A DNA stretch of 64,000 bases from contig NC_043004.1 of the NCBI RefSeq assembly GCF_006345805.1, positions 105,276,001 through 105,340,000 on the forward strand. The letters run 5' to 3'. Position 1 is the first letter of the stretch, and every line of letters begins with the position of its first letter. Shown here one piece after another: positions 36,677 to 50,761 of the stretch. Under the pieces are notes generated by a model, which saw nothing but the letters and a program-made list of their open reading frames with translations, had not been told where the DNA came from and did not search any database. The position numbers and the translations under genes are program-made. The DNA is from Octopus sinensis (Eukaryota).

Positions 36677-38762
36677 GTATTACTTTCCCCTTTTACTTTT
36701 AAAAGGATCTCTCTCTGGAAGAGAAATTCTTTTGAAATTTGGTCGTTGATTATTCTGTAAATTCTGAGGAACATTGTAAAACTGTTGACAACATCGCCAA
36801 AATTTTAATTTACCCATGCCTGTGTAGTTTCTGATGTCTCTCTTGAATATTCTGTGAGAATTTATTTTCTCTCACTTGCCTGACCAATAAGTATTTACAA
36901 GACCAGAAACTATGTGTTAGAACAGAAGCAATTAAATCATTGAAGAGCAACTTTTAACCCTTTAGCATATCCAGCCCAAATACCACATCTGTTTTGTACA
37001 GACTGGCCATTTTCAACCTCTTACACCTACCCTACAATGTCATACTAAAAATAAACAAGCACATCATTGAAATCTCAACACAAAAAGACAATGCAAAATG
37101 GATGTTCAAATTAATGTGAATGCATAAGCATTACATTTGACAGAATAATGTGAATGCTAAAGAGTTAAAACATTTACAAACAAAAACTATATGAAGTGAA
37201 GTAACAGTGTGACAGGATTTATATATGGAGAGAGAGATGGTGTGATAGGTAGTTGGAAGAATGACTGTAGGGGAGTGTGAGTTAACCTGTGACAAGGACA
37301 CAGAAACAAAAAGCAAAAAAAAACAGACTTCAGGTGAGAGAAGGACTTGGTGCAAGTATTCCTATTGCCAGGTCTCAAGATTCCTGGATGAAATATGAGC
37401 TTTTGTTTGCCGAGTTGGTGAGTTGCTATCAAATTGGTGTTGGTGAACTTCATAGAAAAGGAGACAATAGGTGGCCCTGGTTTTCTCTGGCTTGCACTTC
37501 ACCCCACCCCCTTTTTTTTTGTAATTGTGTCTATGTGCCCTTCACAGGTTAACTTTAAATTTTCAGTCCTCCTTCCCCCTATCGATCACACTTATACACT
37601 GTTCTCCCATCAGTGCTTCCCCCACACTTCATTCTCTTAATCTTTCATACTTTATGATTACTTCTTCACACACTTCTGCTGGCCTTTATTTGAGGACTCA
37701 ATTGAAAAAAAAAAACCTTTGTTAAAAACAATGACTTTTTCTCCTTTCTACCCACAGCAACCAAAGTTATTGACTCTTGTAAACTCTTGAATTTTATTAG
37801 TAATGATGTTGATACAGACTCTCACCAGTCTCCTTCAATTTTGGATTATATACTCTTGGACAGTATCTTGGAACAATGTTATTAGTTGTATCTAGTACTA
37901 TAGACCTATATTGAATAGTATTATATTATTAGTTGCAAATAGTACAATATCTCTAAATAATACATAATCATTACCTTAATTTTGTTTTCTTATTGTATGG
38001 GTTGGACAGTTTTATAGGTTTCAGCAGGTCAAAGGGCTGCATCAGTCACTAGTGTCTCTTATGGCATGGTTTTGTCAGCTAGACTTTATGGCTTCCTAAT
38101 ACCAGCCACTTTACAGAGTGTACTGCATGCTTTTTTTCATGTCACTAGCACTATTGAGATTGCCAAGTATCTCATAAGTGAAGACCTGTTGATAGAGTGG
38201 TGTGTAGTATTAAGGGCAGCAGCTTGGTCTAGGTGTTGAGAGGCAGGAGTATGACAGAGGGATAGGAAGATATAGAAGAGATACATAGCTACCCCAGGTG
38301 GAAAATGGTGGTGGTGGTGATGAGTTGTCAGAAGTCACTCTCAAGGTACAAGAGGGCAAATGTAATATTAATGCCACATAGTTTAATAACTGTTATTAGC
38401 AGTATAGAGTGCAATAAATGTATATGGAACAGTGTAATGTTAGTAATATACAATTGCATCAGATCTAGATGATGGACGCTCCCATCGAAGATAATAATGT
38501 ATGAGTGTTCAGCTTTTGCCAATTGACCTGCACAAATTATTTGTTTGTAGCAATCGAATCGCTGTACCACACATCAGGTGTTAAAGCGATCAGAGAGCAA
38601 TGTGAGGTGAAGTGTTTTGCTCAAGAACACAATGCACCACCTGGTCTAGGAATTGAAACCATGACTTTGTGATCATGAGTGCAGCACCTAACTACTAGGC
38701 CATGTGTCCTCACCTAGATCTATATAATATAGATCTACATATTAGATCTATATAACATTCTC

Positions 38763-39154
38763 TTACTCTTTACTCTTTTACCTGTTTCAGTCATGTGACT
38801 GCGTCCATGCTGGAGCACCGCCTTTAGTCGAGCAAATCGACCCCCAGGGCTTATTCTTTATAAGCCTAGTACTTATTCTATTGGTCTCTTTTGCCGAACC
38901 GCTAAGTTACAGGGACGTCAACACACCAGCATTGGTTGTCAAGCAATATTGGGGGGACAAACACAGAAACACAAACATACATACATGCATGATGGGCTTC
39001 TTTCAGTTTCCGTCTACCAGATCCACTCACAAAGCTTTGGTCAGCCCAAGGCTATAGTAGAAGACACTTGCCCAAGGTGCCACGCAGTGGGACTGAATCC
39101 AGAACCACGTGGTTTGTAAGCAAGCTACTTACCACCCAGCCACTCCTACACCTA
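38763..39154 (-). mobile_element. SINE family A
   Basis: Full-length match. Confidence 0.85.
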
Positions 39155-39433
39155 TAGTATATTTTCATATAATGCATCATTGTTAGAAGTTGCTGTTTAG
39201 CTCCTTGCTATTCCTAATTGAGCAAAACCTGTCTAAAACCTATCAGCCATAAGTATTGCATCTTTTTCAGGACTACCCTAGCTAATGTGTTCTTATTTTT
39301 ATAGTTGATATGATGTGATTCGAGGGAGATTTGGCTGCCGTCTCTTTTAGCCTGTCAGGCACCTGCATTGAGGCCCCTTCACAGGATTGTGTTTAATATG
39401 TTTTTTGATTTTTTCGTTTTCTTGGTTTTAAAG

Positions 39434-39591
39434 CTGTACGCAGTGATCGGAACAAAAAGAAGAAAGCAAAACCAGCAAATGGAACACATTCCATACACAT
39501 AGAGGAATTGACTGAGAGTGAGAAATCTCTGTTGGAAGACTTGGTCAGTTATCATCAGCAGACTTACATCAAAACTAAAGAAAATAAACAT
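39434..39591 (+). CDS. RAR: RAR exon: CTE/hinge and LBD helix 1
   Basis: ttttaaag acceptor and |GTATGT donor. Encodes (A)VRSDRNKKKKAKPANGTHSIHIEELTESEKSLLEDLVSYHQQTYIKTKENKH. Phase 1 in, phase 0 out. Confidence 0.93.
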
Positions 39592-39671
39592 GTATGTTCC
39601 TCTATTTTCTTTCAAATTAAAAAAAAAATTGTATCTGGAATTTACTTTCTGCACATCACCATTATTATTAT

Positions 39672-40125
39672 TAAGGTGGCGAGCTAGCAGAATTGTTAGT
39701 ACGCCGTTTCATCCATCTGCATTTTCTGAGTTCAAATTCTGCTGAGGTCAACTTTACTTTTTCATCCTTTTGGGGTCGACAAATTAAGTACCATTCAAGT
39801 ACTGGGGTCCATGTGATCAACTGGTCCCCTCCCCACAAATTTCAAACCTTGTGCCTATTGTAGAAAGGATTATTATTATTGCTATTATTATTATTAAAGT
39901 GGTGATCTGGCAGAATTGTTACTACATTGGGCAAAATGTATAGCAGCATTTCTTCTGGCACTTAGCATTCAGAGTTCAAGTACCACCAAAGTCAGCTTTT
40001 CCTTTCATCCTTTTGGGGTCGATATAATAAGTATCAATTGAATACTAGGGTTGATACAGTTGACTAAGCCCCTCCTCTGAAATTATTGGCCTTGTACCAG
40101 AATTTGAAACCTTTATTATTATTGA
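39672..40125 (+). mobile_element. Two tandem SINE family C copies
   Basis: The second head starts in the (ATT)n tail of the first. Confidence 0.8.
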
Positions 40126-41213
40126 GTGATAGAACAGTGTATGCCATCAAAATGACACTGGGGTAAAATATATGGAGCCCAGTAGCCCATCATGACTACC
40201 CATTTGATAAGGGTACACCAGGCACATGCATCACAGCCATATGTGTGCGACATGGTAATCTCATATCAAGATTAAACAGCGCATGACTTTGCAGGTGGGT
40301 CCCAGTTAGAATGTTCTTCAGGTTGAGTGGCCCATCCTGCTCAAAAGGTCCCTGAATAAGGGTTGTTTAAGGATGTTCAATGAAAGGTGAATTGTCTCCA
40401 AAGGGGAATTGTCCAAGCCCCAAAGGATTCCTCTCAACGCATGGCTATGATGCTCCCCTACTACTCAGAGATGCACTTATTATCAGCCACTGAGGGACAT
40501 GCTCAACAGGTTATGGTCAAATAACTCACAAGCAAATCTATGGTATTGAGCAGAATGTTTGCTGTAACTCATCCTTTATTACAAGACAAAACAATATGCA
40601 CCATAAACTTCCAATCAATTAAGATGAGAAGCCATGGGAGCCACTGCTTGGTACTGCATCGGGACATTATTATTATTATTATTATTATCATCATTTTAAT
40701 CATCGCCATCATTAGTGCCTTCACCATGGTCATCAACATCATCACTGTCATTATCATGCGGCTTGCTGTATGTTGTACAGCTCTGAGGGTCTGCTTCGTT
40801 TTTATTGTTAGAATGTGAAATACCATCTAGAAGTAGGTTTGTTAGTGTTACCATATCTAACATGGTGAATGCTTTACTGTATATACTTGTGCAATAAGAA
40901 TATTTGAGCTGTTAGTTAATGGCAAGTATGATTTTCTTTGTTTATAGAATTGTTTTGAAACTGGCATTTTGTAATTCTTTTACATGTTTGAGTTATTGGA
41001 ACTGTGGCTTTGCTTGGGGCTGCCTTGAATAATTTAGTCAATCAAATCAACTGTTGTTCTTCTTTTTTGTCTGTTACTATTCTGTTTTCTTCTTTTTCTG
41101 AATTGCTAAATTATGGTGGGTGGAAACAAATCAAGCATTGAAAAGCATTGAAAGATTAAACAAAAGCCACATCTATACATATCCACACAGTCACACATTG
41201 TCTCTCTCTCTCA

Positions 41214-41251
<38 letters not shown>

Positions 41252-41280
41252 AAAAAAGGAGATGTCGAACACGAGTGGTG

Positions 41281-41479
41281 ATATATAAAAAAGGAAATGA
41301 AGAAAATGCTGACAAATAATTGAAGTAATTTAAGTAATTTAATTAGGTGAAAGTTCTTTTTACCGGTTGCGCATTTGTTATGCTTATCAAGCATAACAAA
41401 TGCGCAACCGGTAAAAAGAACTTTCACCTAATTAAATTACTTAAATTACTTCAATTATTTGTCAGCATTTTCTTCATTT

Positions 41480-41493
<14 letters not shown>
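41281..41493. repeat. Perfect palindrome, 105-bp arms with 3-nt loop
   Basis: 41281-41385 is the exact reverse complement of 41389-41493. The ORF track gives near-identical peptides on both strands. Confidence 0.95.
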
Positions 41494-41522
<29 letters not shown>

Positions 41523-41547
41523 CATACACATACATACATATATCTCT

Positions 41548-41583
<36 letters not shown>

Positions 41584-41809
41584 ACCATGTACCTACTCTA
41601 TAGCACTATAGCAAGACACCTATTTCTGCCCTTCTATTTCTCTCTTACACTCTAACCTTTCATCATCTGATAATAGATCACCTCCTCTAATGCCCTCTCT
41701 GTTGTGGCAAGACACCTGCTTCTGTCTCTTTGTCACATTCTAACCTTTCATCCTCTGACACAAGCCCCCCCTCCTCGAATGCTCCTGCTCCTCTCATAAT
41801 TCCTTCTCC

Positions 41810-42066
41810 ACACAGTGAGGTGGTTGGCATTTGGAAGGGCATTCAGCTATAAAAATCATGCCAAAACTAACCTCACCTGTGCTAGTGCCACGTAAAAAGC
41901 ACCGAGTCCACTCTGTAGAGTGGTTGGTGGTAGGAAGGGCACCTAGCTGTAAAATCTCTGCCAAAACAGACACCGTAGCCTAGGGTAGTTTTTCTACCTA
42001 GCCAGCTCCTGTCAGCTGCCCTACCCATGCATGGAAGATGGACATTAAATGATGATGATGATGATA
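41810..42066 (+). mobile_element. RTE 3'-tail copy (family B), plus strand
   Basis: Ends ggacattaaatgatgatgatg. Confidence 0.7.
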
Positions 42067-42881
42067 GAAGTTTTCCATATAGTTTCTATATACCAAATTC
42101 TCTCATAAAGCATTTGTCAACCCAGGGCCATAGTAGAAGAGATCTGCCCAAGGCAGTGGTGTAACTAAGGTAAACCGTGCCCGGGACAAGCTGCAGAAAT
42201 GCTCTCTCCCCAATTACAAAATCCACAATATTATACAGTATTTATTTGTTACAAGTAATTAATGTTTTAAAGCAATACTTTACCAGCATTCATTTACCTG
42301 CCAGTTTGGTACAGCCTGGAATTCAAAATATATTTTTTGAATGTATACTTTTATAAATTTTACAAATGGAGTTCAAGCTTATTGGGTTATGGTCAATTCT
42401 GCGTACCCCACTTTCAATCAGTGCCTGGGGTACATGCCTTCTGTTATGTTACTGCTAAGCAGACTTATCTATATTGCAAATACAGTAAAAAGTGTACTTC
42501 ACCGAGGAGGTCAGGATAAGACCAAAACCTGTTTATTATTACTGGAAAAATGAAAATAACATTAATCATTGATTAATATTGTTTCTTTTTAGAATAGTAT
42601 ATATTTATTTTTAGTCAAGTATGCAATCAAATATGTTAGAGCTAACCTACCTCTTCCTTTACACTTGTAATTTCTTCCTTTGCATACTTTCACCATTCTC
42701 TTGATGCCACTTCACATAACACAGAAGACAGTGTAGCATTTTCACCAAATACTGAAGTTTGAGAACAAAGTGGGATGAATATATGTGTGTGTGTGGAAAT
42801 GAGATTTGGTAGATGTGAAAACAGTTTTGTGATCGCTAGGTATTAAAAGGCAAAGTAACTTTTTTGACACAGCCAAAGCAA

Positions 42882-43095
42882 CGTGGCGAGCTGGCAGAAA
42901 CGTTAGCCTGGCGAAACGCTTAGTGGTATTTCGTCTGTCTTTATGTTCTGAGTTCAAATTCCAACAAGGTTGACTTTGCTTTTCATCTTTTTGGGATTGA
43001 TAAATTAAGTACCAGTTGTGTACTGCGGTCGATCTAATTGACTGCCTCTCTTTCTCCCACAAAATTTTGAGCTACTGGCCTAGAGTAGAAAGAAA
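42882..43095 (+). mobile_element. SINE family C
   Basis: gtggcgagctggcagaaacgttagc...gttcaaattcc...gtagaaagaa. Confidence 0.8.
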
Positions 43096-43287
43096 TATTG
43101 TTGCAAAGCAAATTTCTTAATTCCATAACCAACTATACTTGGCCTCATTGCAGCTGGTTTTGTAAACCTTTCATTTAGTCTAAATTTTTCTTTAGTGTTA
43201 ATCTTTTTTTCAGATATTTCTTATTGAAATGCCTGAGTGTTTTAAATTATAAAATAATCGTGAAATTAACTGTGGTTTCGTAAACTA

Positions 43288-44120
43288 CAGGCTGGGTGGA
43301 AAGTAAGTAGGCATTTAAAATTGGTAATAAAATCCATATTGCTTTTACAAATTTATTGAAACAAATGATACATGTTCTTTATTACATGGCAAAATGAAAG
43401 TGAATCTTCATATTTCGATGTAAGCACTGGTGGCGTCAAATGGCCAGGGATGGAATGAACAAACTTCTGAAGGATTTCGTTTGGGATATCATTGAGAACC
43501 TCTCCAAGTCCTCTCATGTGTGATGTTTTGTCTTGTACACCACCTCCTCTTTTGTGTAAACCCACAAGTAAAAATCACAGACTTCTGTTGTCACAGTCTT
43601 CAGGTTTTAGCTCCTGCATGTAATGGAGTTTCCACAGACAAAAATTCAATTCTTTATGCAACATCATACGTATTGTGTGTCTTGTTGGTCCACTTTCACC
43701 AAATACTTGACATGCTGATTTTTGTGGGTTACGATTAAACATTTCCTGCACTGTTGCTGTGTTCTCTGCTGATCGAGATGTGGTTGGATGGCCACTTCTT
43801 CTTGCATTCTTCACTGAACCTGTGGTCATCAGCTTTGCACGACAACTTTTTATTGTCTCCAGACGTAGTGTTGCATGCTTACTTTTCCATACATACCACC
43901 ATCTCCGAACCAAATCAATGGAATTCCACCTTCCATAGCATGCTGCTATCTTTGTTTGCTCCTGAACAATCAAGTGATCGGCCATCTGGAAAATAAGAAA
44001 TAAGAAAATAGGAAATCCCCATTAGTGTTGTTTGCTTAAAAAATGTTTTTGTCATGACTTAAGTGATACTAAAAATTCTTTTAGCAGTTTCTAATGCCTA
44101 GTTACTTTCTACTCACCCAG
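43288..44120 (-). mobile_element. Internally deleted Tc1/mariner-superfamily element
   Basis: About 30-bp TIRs (gggtg..gaaagtaa.taggcatt) and TA flanks. ORF 43575-43985 resembles a transposase N-terminal HTH (KLMTTGSVKNARRSGHPTTSRS). Confidence 0.75.
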
Positions 44121-46278
44121 TAGATATAAAGTGGTGTGTACAAATATGTTAAGAGAACTTTCATCTTAAAACTACTCTAATTTCAATTAAGTAGAAGTAA
44201 AATCAGGGAAAAAGTAAAGATATTTAACCTTTTAACATTCAGATTACTCTGTCTGATGTAATTCTTATTTACACAAAACAGATAGATTGCATATTTGAGA
44301 CACATGTGGTCAGTTTAAATGCTAGAGGGTTAAAAGTTTTTTTTTTAATATCATCATATAAAATGAGTCATTAGCTAATATTGTACAATATAACTTCCTA
44401 AATGCCCATTATAATATTAATGGCCAAAATACTCAAATTTTTATCCAGCTTATCCACTTTTTTCCATTTCACTTTGCATAGTAATTACTTTTTATCTATG
44501 GGTTTTCAGTCATGAGGATAACTCATTGGGTCCAATTTCTTCTGAATAACATTGAAGAGAAATATGACCATCATTGTTATACTTAGAGTAGTTTTTTTTC
44601 ATTTACTAAAATTTGAAAATCATTCAGATTTTCTTCTATTAAATCTGAAGTTTATAAGATTTTTAAAAAAGAGTAGAATGTTAATGAAATTCAGGAATAA
44701 AATTGGATTTGGAAAATAATAACCTGCAAATTCTGAAAACACAAATTAGCCCAGTGACAGTATCTGTGTACGAGTGTTGACCCAATGAAATCACAGGCTG
44801 TCTCTAATTTAGCAGTATGGTATATGTTAGTATTTTGATTTAAATATGAAAGGGCAAATCATAGTTGTTTAGGGCATTTCAGTGATGAAAGGGTGAAACA
44901 TCATCATTATCATAACATCCACTTTTCTAAGCTTGCATGGGTTGGATGAAATCTAATGAAACAGATTTTCTATGGCTGGATACCTTTCCTGCAACTATCC
45001 CTCACCTGTTTCCAAGTAAAGTAATATCTCCCCAAGGCCAGGCATAGTTTTGCAAAATTTTGGAAATGAACGACACTGCTTGTGTGACAGTGACTCTCAT
45101 TTACAGCTATCACAATAGCTAAACAAGGGGATCCTAAAATACATGTATTTGCACAGACCCACTCATATATACTATGGGCTTGTTTCAGTTTCTGTCTACC
45201 AAATTCACTCACAAGGCTTTGGTTGGCCTGGGATCATATTAGAAACACTTGTACACGATGTGACAGTGGGACATAACTTGAAACAATGTGGTTGTGATGA
45301 AAGTTTCTTCACCATTCACACAGTCACACCTTTATGTTTAAAAATGTGAGTCACTTGCTTTTACTCACACTTGCTGATGACCACAGATTTATATTGACCG
45401 AACTTAAATTGTGCAGAGTTCAGTGATCTTTGTAGTACAAAGTTAGCAGTAATATCTTTCCAATGCTTAGATGCCTCTATACTAAAGTACTGATGGTAAA
45501 CGAGTTACTGAAACCAAGCAGTTCAGAGTCTTTCTCCTGTTAGCTGTAGTTGTTTTGTTGTATATATCAGCAGGGATATATCATGTTCACCATTCCAGAA
45601 CTTGCTAGTGTGGATTCAACCTTTGGAATTTCTACCTAACACCTTTCCCCGCAGCCATTGGCATGCAACTGTTCAAGGTGGACATTAATGGTATCTCTCA
45701 CATTCGTCTCACTGGCCCTACATAGCAGCCATGGACACAACCCTTTCCTCCAAATGAATTACAATATGTATGTGTGTATATCTTCTTTGCCACCTAACCA
45801 TGCTTGATACTTGTATCTGTCAATCTTATTTGTTTCCAAGCTCCCACAATTTCATCTGTGTAATACATGCATGCACACACACACACACACACACACACAC
45901 GATAATATTAATAAACTTTTTTAGCAATAACTTTCTACAGTTCAGAAGTGTTGTGCTTATAGCTGTTACAGTTTTCACTACTGGTCCTTCATTTTTATAT
46001 TATTGTCTCTAATTCACAAAAGGGTTCAAGTAGTGCACTTGTATGTGCTTTAAAAGGAAAATATATGTATATATTAACAATATACTTAACCCATATCAGA
46101 ACGGATATTGAAGATCAAATAAAATAGCATAACTTAAGGACTTGGTATTTCAAGTTTGCCAATTTGATATGTACAGCACATGCTCCCAGCATGTTCTTTA
46201 TGTGTCATTATTACCAGTCTCTACTTCGATATTCCTTGATTCTAATATGTATCAGCATTGATCTGTTTACTTATGATA

Positions 46279-46795
46279 TCTATATATATAAAACTGTAGT
46301 TGTGTGAGTGTCTGTCCCCTTCGATTTAGATTCCTAACACCTCCCACATTTTGCGGTGCAGTTTAACCAAATTCGGGTATCTTATAGTCGTGATTCATAT
46401 CGAGCTCGTCTGGCTATTAGCGCGCGTCTACGATGAGTCTACGATTTTAAAAATAATTTAACATCATTTTTTATTCCATTTTAATGCATAATTTTTCGTG
46501 TGTCGATGGCGGCGGAGTTGGCGTCCACGCTCAAACACCTGCACCTGTGTTTGCTTCTCCCCCTTCTTCCCTCCCTCGTGAAGCTGTGGGGAAGGGAGTG
46601 TAAGCAAATCAACGTCGTAAAGCGTTGTCAAGGAGACCAGTGTTCTTTTAGAACAACGACTTCATGGCTTGAAAACACCAAAACAGAAATGGCTAAGAAA
46701 GCCCGAATTGGCATCTATAAGGGAAGTATCTCTCTAAAAATGCTTATATAGTTATTTCCCTTACAAACCAGAGCAACGCCGGGCGATACTGCTAG
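46279..46795 (+). mobile_element. Non-autonomous Helitron-like element, 517 bp
   Basis: A|TCTATATATATAAAA 5' end, GC-rich hairpin cgccgggcg near the 3' end, CTAG|T terminus, no TSD. Confidence 0.75.
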
Positions 46796-48286
46796 TATAG
46801 TATAAAATTTAAAAATTTTAGTGATCCAGTATCAAAGGTTAACAAGCACACATCAATCTTTGATACTTTGCTCTTGGGTACATATTGCTCCAAAAGGACT
46901 AAACTTGGAAACACTCTAATAAAAGTTTAATATTTTAGCAAATTAAAGAAAAGCAACTGAAACCTTGTATATAAAAGAAGTTGAATAGATATTTTCTTAA
47001 ATTTTGAAATATTTGCTCTTATGCAAGGACTGAACCAATTTGTTGGCTAATTGGCTTACTCGTTCTATCTTTTTTTTTTTAGAGAGAGTATATAGTATTC
47101 TCTTTGCTAATTTTTAAGATTCAAGGTTTTTTTTTTTTTTGTGAATTTTAAATGGTAATAACTTTAGTATTTTCCTATTTTGAAAATAGAGGAACATAAA
47201 TATGTTCTGTCTTCAAAAAGTTGAATAAGATTGATTGACTCTGACACTGCTTGGGCATACATTGGAGTATGCCCAAGCATCATTAGCCAAGTAGGTTGTA
47301 GTGGTATGTAACGTAATTACCCTCAGTTTGAAAATAAAACTTCATAGTTCAAATCCAGTTTGATACGATGTAAACATCCCCTCTTAACAGTTGGAGACCA
47401 AACCAAACGAAGTATTGTGTAGATGTAAAGAAATTTATTTTTGTCAATCTTGAAAGGTGAAGTTAATAGTCTAACTCCATTTAAATATCTACTTAAAAAG
47501 TCTAGGTTTATGTACTTCAGTTTTGAATTCTGTAAGGAACTAAGTTTTGCTTTTCATACTTGATGTCCTTGAAATAAGCACCAAAGGTATACTACTTGCT
47601 TTTCTTGTAACAGATGGCTTGTATACTAAAATATTAATATAATCATTATCATCACCACCCCATTATCATTTTAATATGTTTTACCATGCTTGGCTTTGGT
47701 TGAATGTTTTGCCATTATATACTCCCTTTGCCTAAGTCACTTGATGTGTGACATAAAAATTGTTGCTGTTAGATGCCATTTACATAAATATATGAATACA
47801 AACACAATACACACACACACACACACACACACACGTTTTGTTTGTTACTTTTTATGTCCATTGTTATATGCTAGCATGGGTTAGACAAGTGTACACTGTT
47901 GAGGCTTTGTTTTACAGTCAGATACCCTTCCTTTGACTAACCCTTTGTGTTTTGAAATAAAGGATCTCTTCACATATATTCAAAAGTACTGAGCCAGATG
48001 ATGATTTTTTGATTATCGAATAATTCATTTATTGTTGCTCAGCATTTTTCTATGTGTTGCTGTAGGATACCAATACTCTTAATCTTACTCTCTTCTCTCT
48101 CTCACACACACATTCAATAAACTTCATATAGTTTCCTTCTATCAAATTCACTTACAAAATGTTGGTGAGCCCGGAAGCACAATGGATGATGCTTACCTAA
48201 GGTGCTATGCAGTGGAACTGAACACAAAACTAAATGTTTGAGAAGCCAACTTTGTAATACAATCAAGATTTGCACTTATGTGTGTA

Positions 48287-48799
48287 CCATAAATCCTCGA
48301 GTATAATCCGCATCTTTTTTGAAAAATTTAAAGGTCAAAATCCCTAGTGCATACTATATACGAGGTTAAAAAGGAAAAATATTTTCTAAGCAATGTCTGA
48401 GTCTCTATTTGCTGTCCGGCAATGTTTATTCGGACGCATTTTGTGATGTTGGGCGTGAAAAAACCTTAAGCTAAGCCTGAAAGCAATGAAGTCATAAAAG
48501 GATCATCCATAACTTGCAGTAAGCAACATTTTATTAAACGTTATTACTGTTATTTCTTTATTTTCTGCAAACAAAATGCACAAAAAAGCTACACGTTTGC
48601 ATTTTGTTATATATACAATAATAATAAAGGACGTTACCGTATACAGTTTTACAAACCAAGGACGTTATATAGACCTCCTTGACTCAAGTTAGAGAAGGGG
48701 TGCGTATTATACACGAGGTTTAGGTTTTTCAGAGGTACACCCCACTAAAAATCCCCTGCGTATTATACTCAAGGGTGGACTATACTCAAGGATTTATGG
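48287..48799. mobile_element. pogo/Tigger-like MITE, 513 bp
   Basis: TIR ccataaatcct(c/t)gagtata at both ends, TA duplication, no ORF. Confidence 0.75.
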
Positions 48800-49906
48800 T
48801 ACACACACACACACACACACACATATACATGCACCCTCACATTCAGACCACAGTTCCTGAAAGAGGAGTATCTTCTCTGTTAGCACATTTAAAAGGAAAC
48901 TTAGATAAATGAAATTTATGATAGAACTGAAAATTCCTTATCCAAACCAATGAGCAAGATTCACTCAGGGCTGCAGAGACGGTTAGTATCTTGGTCACAT
49001 AGAATTAGTGGCCGAATCTCTATCAAATCTAATCTTACTGTCTAAAATAAAAAAACAAGACAGATACATTGGCTGATGTTTTTCTGGATATAATGTTGAA
49101 TGGTAGATTTAATCCTTTATCCAATTTAATTCTACATCATGTCCTTTGGGGGTCTGCTCCATTACAAATATTTGGGATCTATCTCCAGTGAGATGATAAT
49201 TTTTCCTCCTTCCTCTCCACAATTTCAGAGGTTCTGGAATGCCTTTCCTTCTCTGACTAAATCAGAACATTCTTTTCTTAAATACTTGATGAGCAGAATA
49301 ATCATGGTTGGAACGAGTTGATCATAGATTTGCTTGATTAGAGTTTATCAGGACCTTAATAGTATATGTAGGTGTAGAAACCTAATGACTGAGTGAGTGT
49401 ATATGCTACTTGACTAACATGCCGTGCATGTTTTAACTAAAATCCCTTGTAGCCACATAGTTGTGTAATTGGGAAATATACATAATTCTACATGGTATTA
49501 CTTTTGCTTTGGAAAGCAGGTTTCCAGGTTCATCTGAGATTAAATTTTGCATTAGACTTTATGCTTTCTAGAGAAATCATCTCCTTAAGGCCATGAGACT
49601 ACAAAAAAGAAACCGAGTGTGTGTGTGTGAAAATTGCTTTTTGTTTTGAAATTGTAAACAAATGTCATCTTCCATGGAAATATATCCAGCCATTGTGCTG
49701 TTCATGTTCAAAGAAGTAGAGGAAATATTACATTGGTTTAGAGAAAGAAGATCTGAAGATTAATGGATAAGTTAACCATGCTTAGCTCATCTCCCTTGAA
49801 GATGGAAACTTGTGGAGGGATTTTAATTCAGCAGTCATCAAAGCACACAACCATTATAAAGTGTCCGTAGCATGTCTATCATAGTGCCTATTTACAGCTT
49901 CACATA

Positions 49907-50761
49907 TGGAGTCTGATCAATAAGTATCCGGACTTTTGCCATAGTAACGAAGCTAAAGTATGCAAAGTGAAACCATTTGGCAAAGATTGACCTTGAACTC
50001 TGCTGTGCATGCACATTAAGTTTTAATATTCTAGCTCACTTCCGCTGTTTACAGCAGTGCTTGTAAGGAAGGTGTGATTGTCACATTGATCATGACAGAG
50101 AAAGTTATCATGGTGATACCTGCTCAGAGGCCTATGCAAAGTGGCAGAAAGTGTAGGGAGAGGAGTGCATGAGCTGCACACAAGTTCAGACTCATTTCCA
50201 ATATGGCCAAAAAATGTTGATATTGGCAAACATTCTGAGAGACCCACAACCAACAGAACTGAGAAAAACATCACAGTTGTGTGTGCATCTGTGAGGGGAA
50301 ACAGTCGAATCACCATCCATGAGTTATCAGAGGATATGTAGGTAAGTTAGAGATCAGTTCAGTCCATTATCACTGAAGATTTGGGTAGGAGATGTGTGTC
50401 TGCCAAGTTTGTGCCAATACTGCTTTCAGCTGACCAAAAAGACACTTGAGTTTCAGTTGCATAAGATCTCCCTGATTGTGTCAAGAATGATGAAAATATT
50501 TGAAAACTTTGCACAGGCCTCTGAACAGGTATCGCCAAGCTTTTGGCACAATTTGATGCAGATTCTTTGCTTGACTTACTCTGTCATGGTTAATGCAATA
50601 GTCACACACTACACACCTTCCTTCCAGCCACTGCTGTAAACAGGAGAAATGAGCTGGAACATTAAAACTCAGTGCTCATGCACCGCAGAGTTTAAGGTCA
50701 ATCTGTGTCAAGCAGCTTCGTTACCATGGCAGCAATCTGGATTCTTATGAATCAGACCACA
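49907..50761 (+). mobile_element. Internally deleted mariner-like element
   Basis: TIRs gtctgatcaataagtatccggac..gccatagtaacgaagct, TA flanks, and HTH remnant HSERPTTNRTEKNITVVCASVRGNSRITIHELSE. Confidence 0.8.

Noticed and set aside
32809-39470. Assignment as ROR, Rev-erb/E75 or thyroid hormone receptor
   Set aside because: [30 protein letters not shown] and AVRxDRNKKKK are RAR-type. NR1D/NR1F have AV(R/K)FG after the DBD.
40130-40570. GC-richer segment that looks like a repeat fragment
   Set aside because: Single copy in the window with no termini or ORF, so it cannot be classified.
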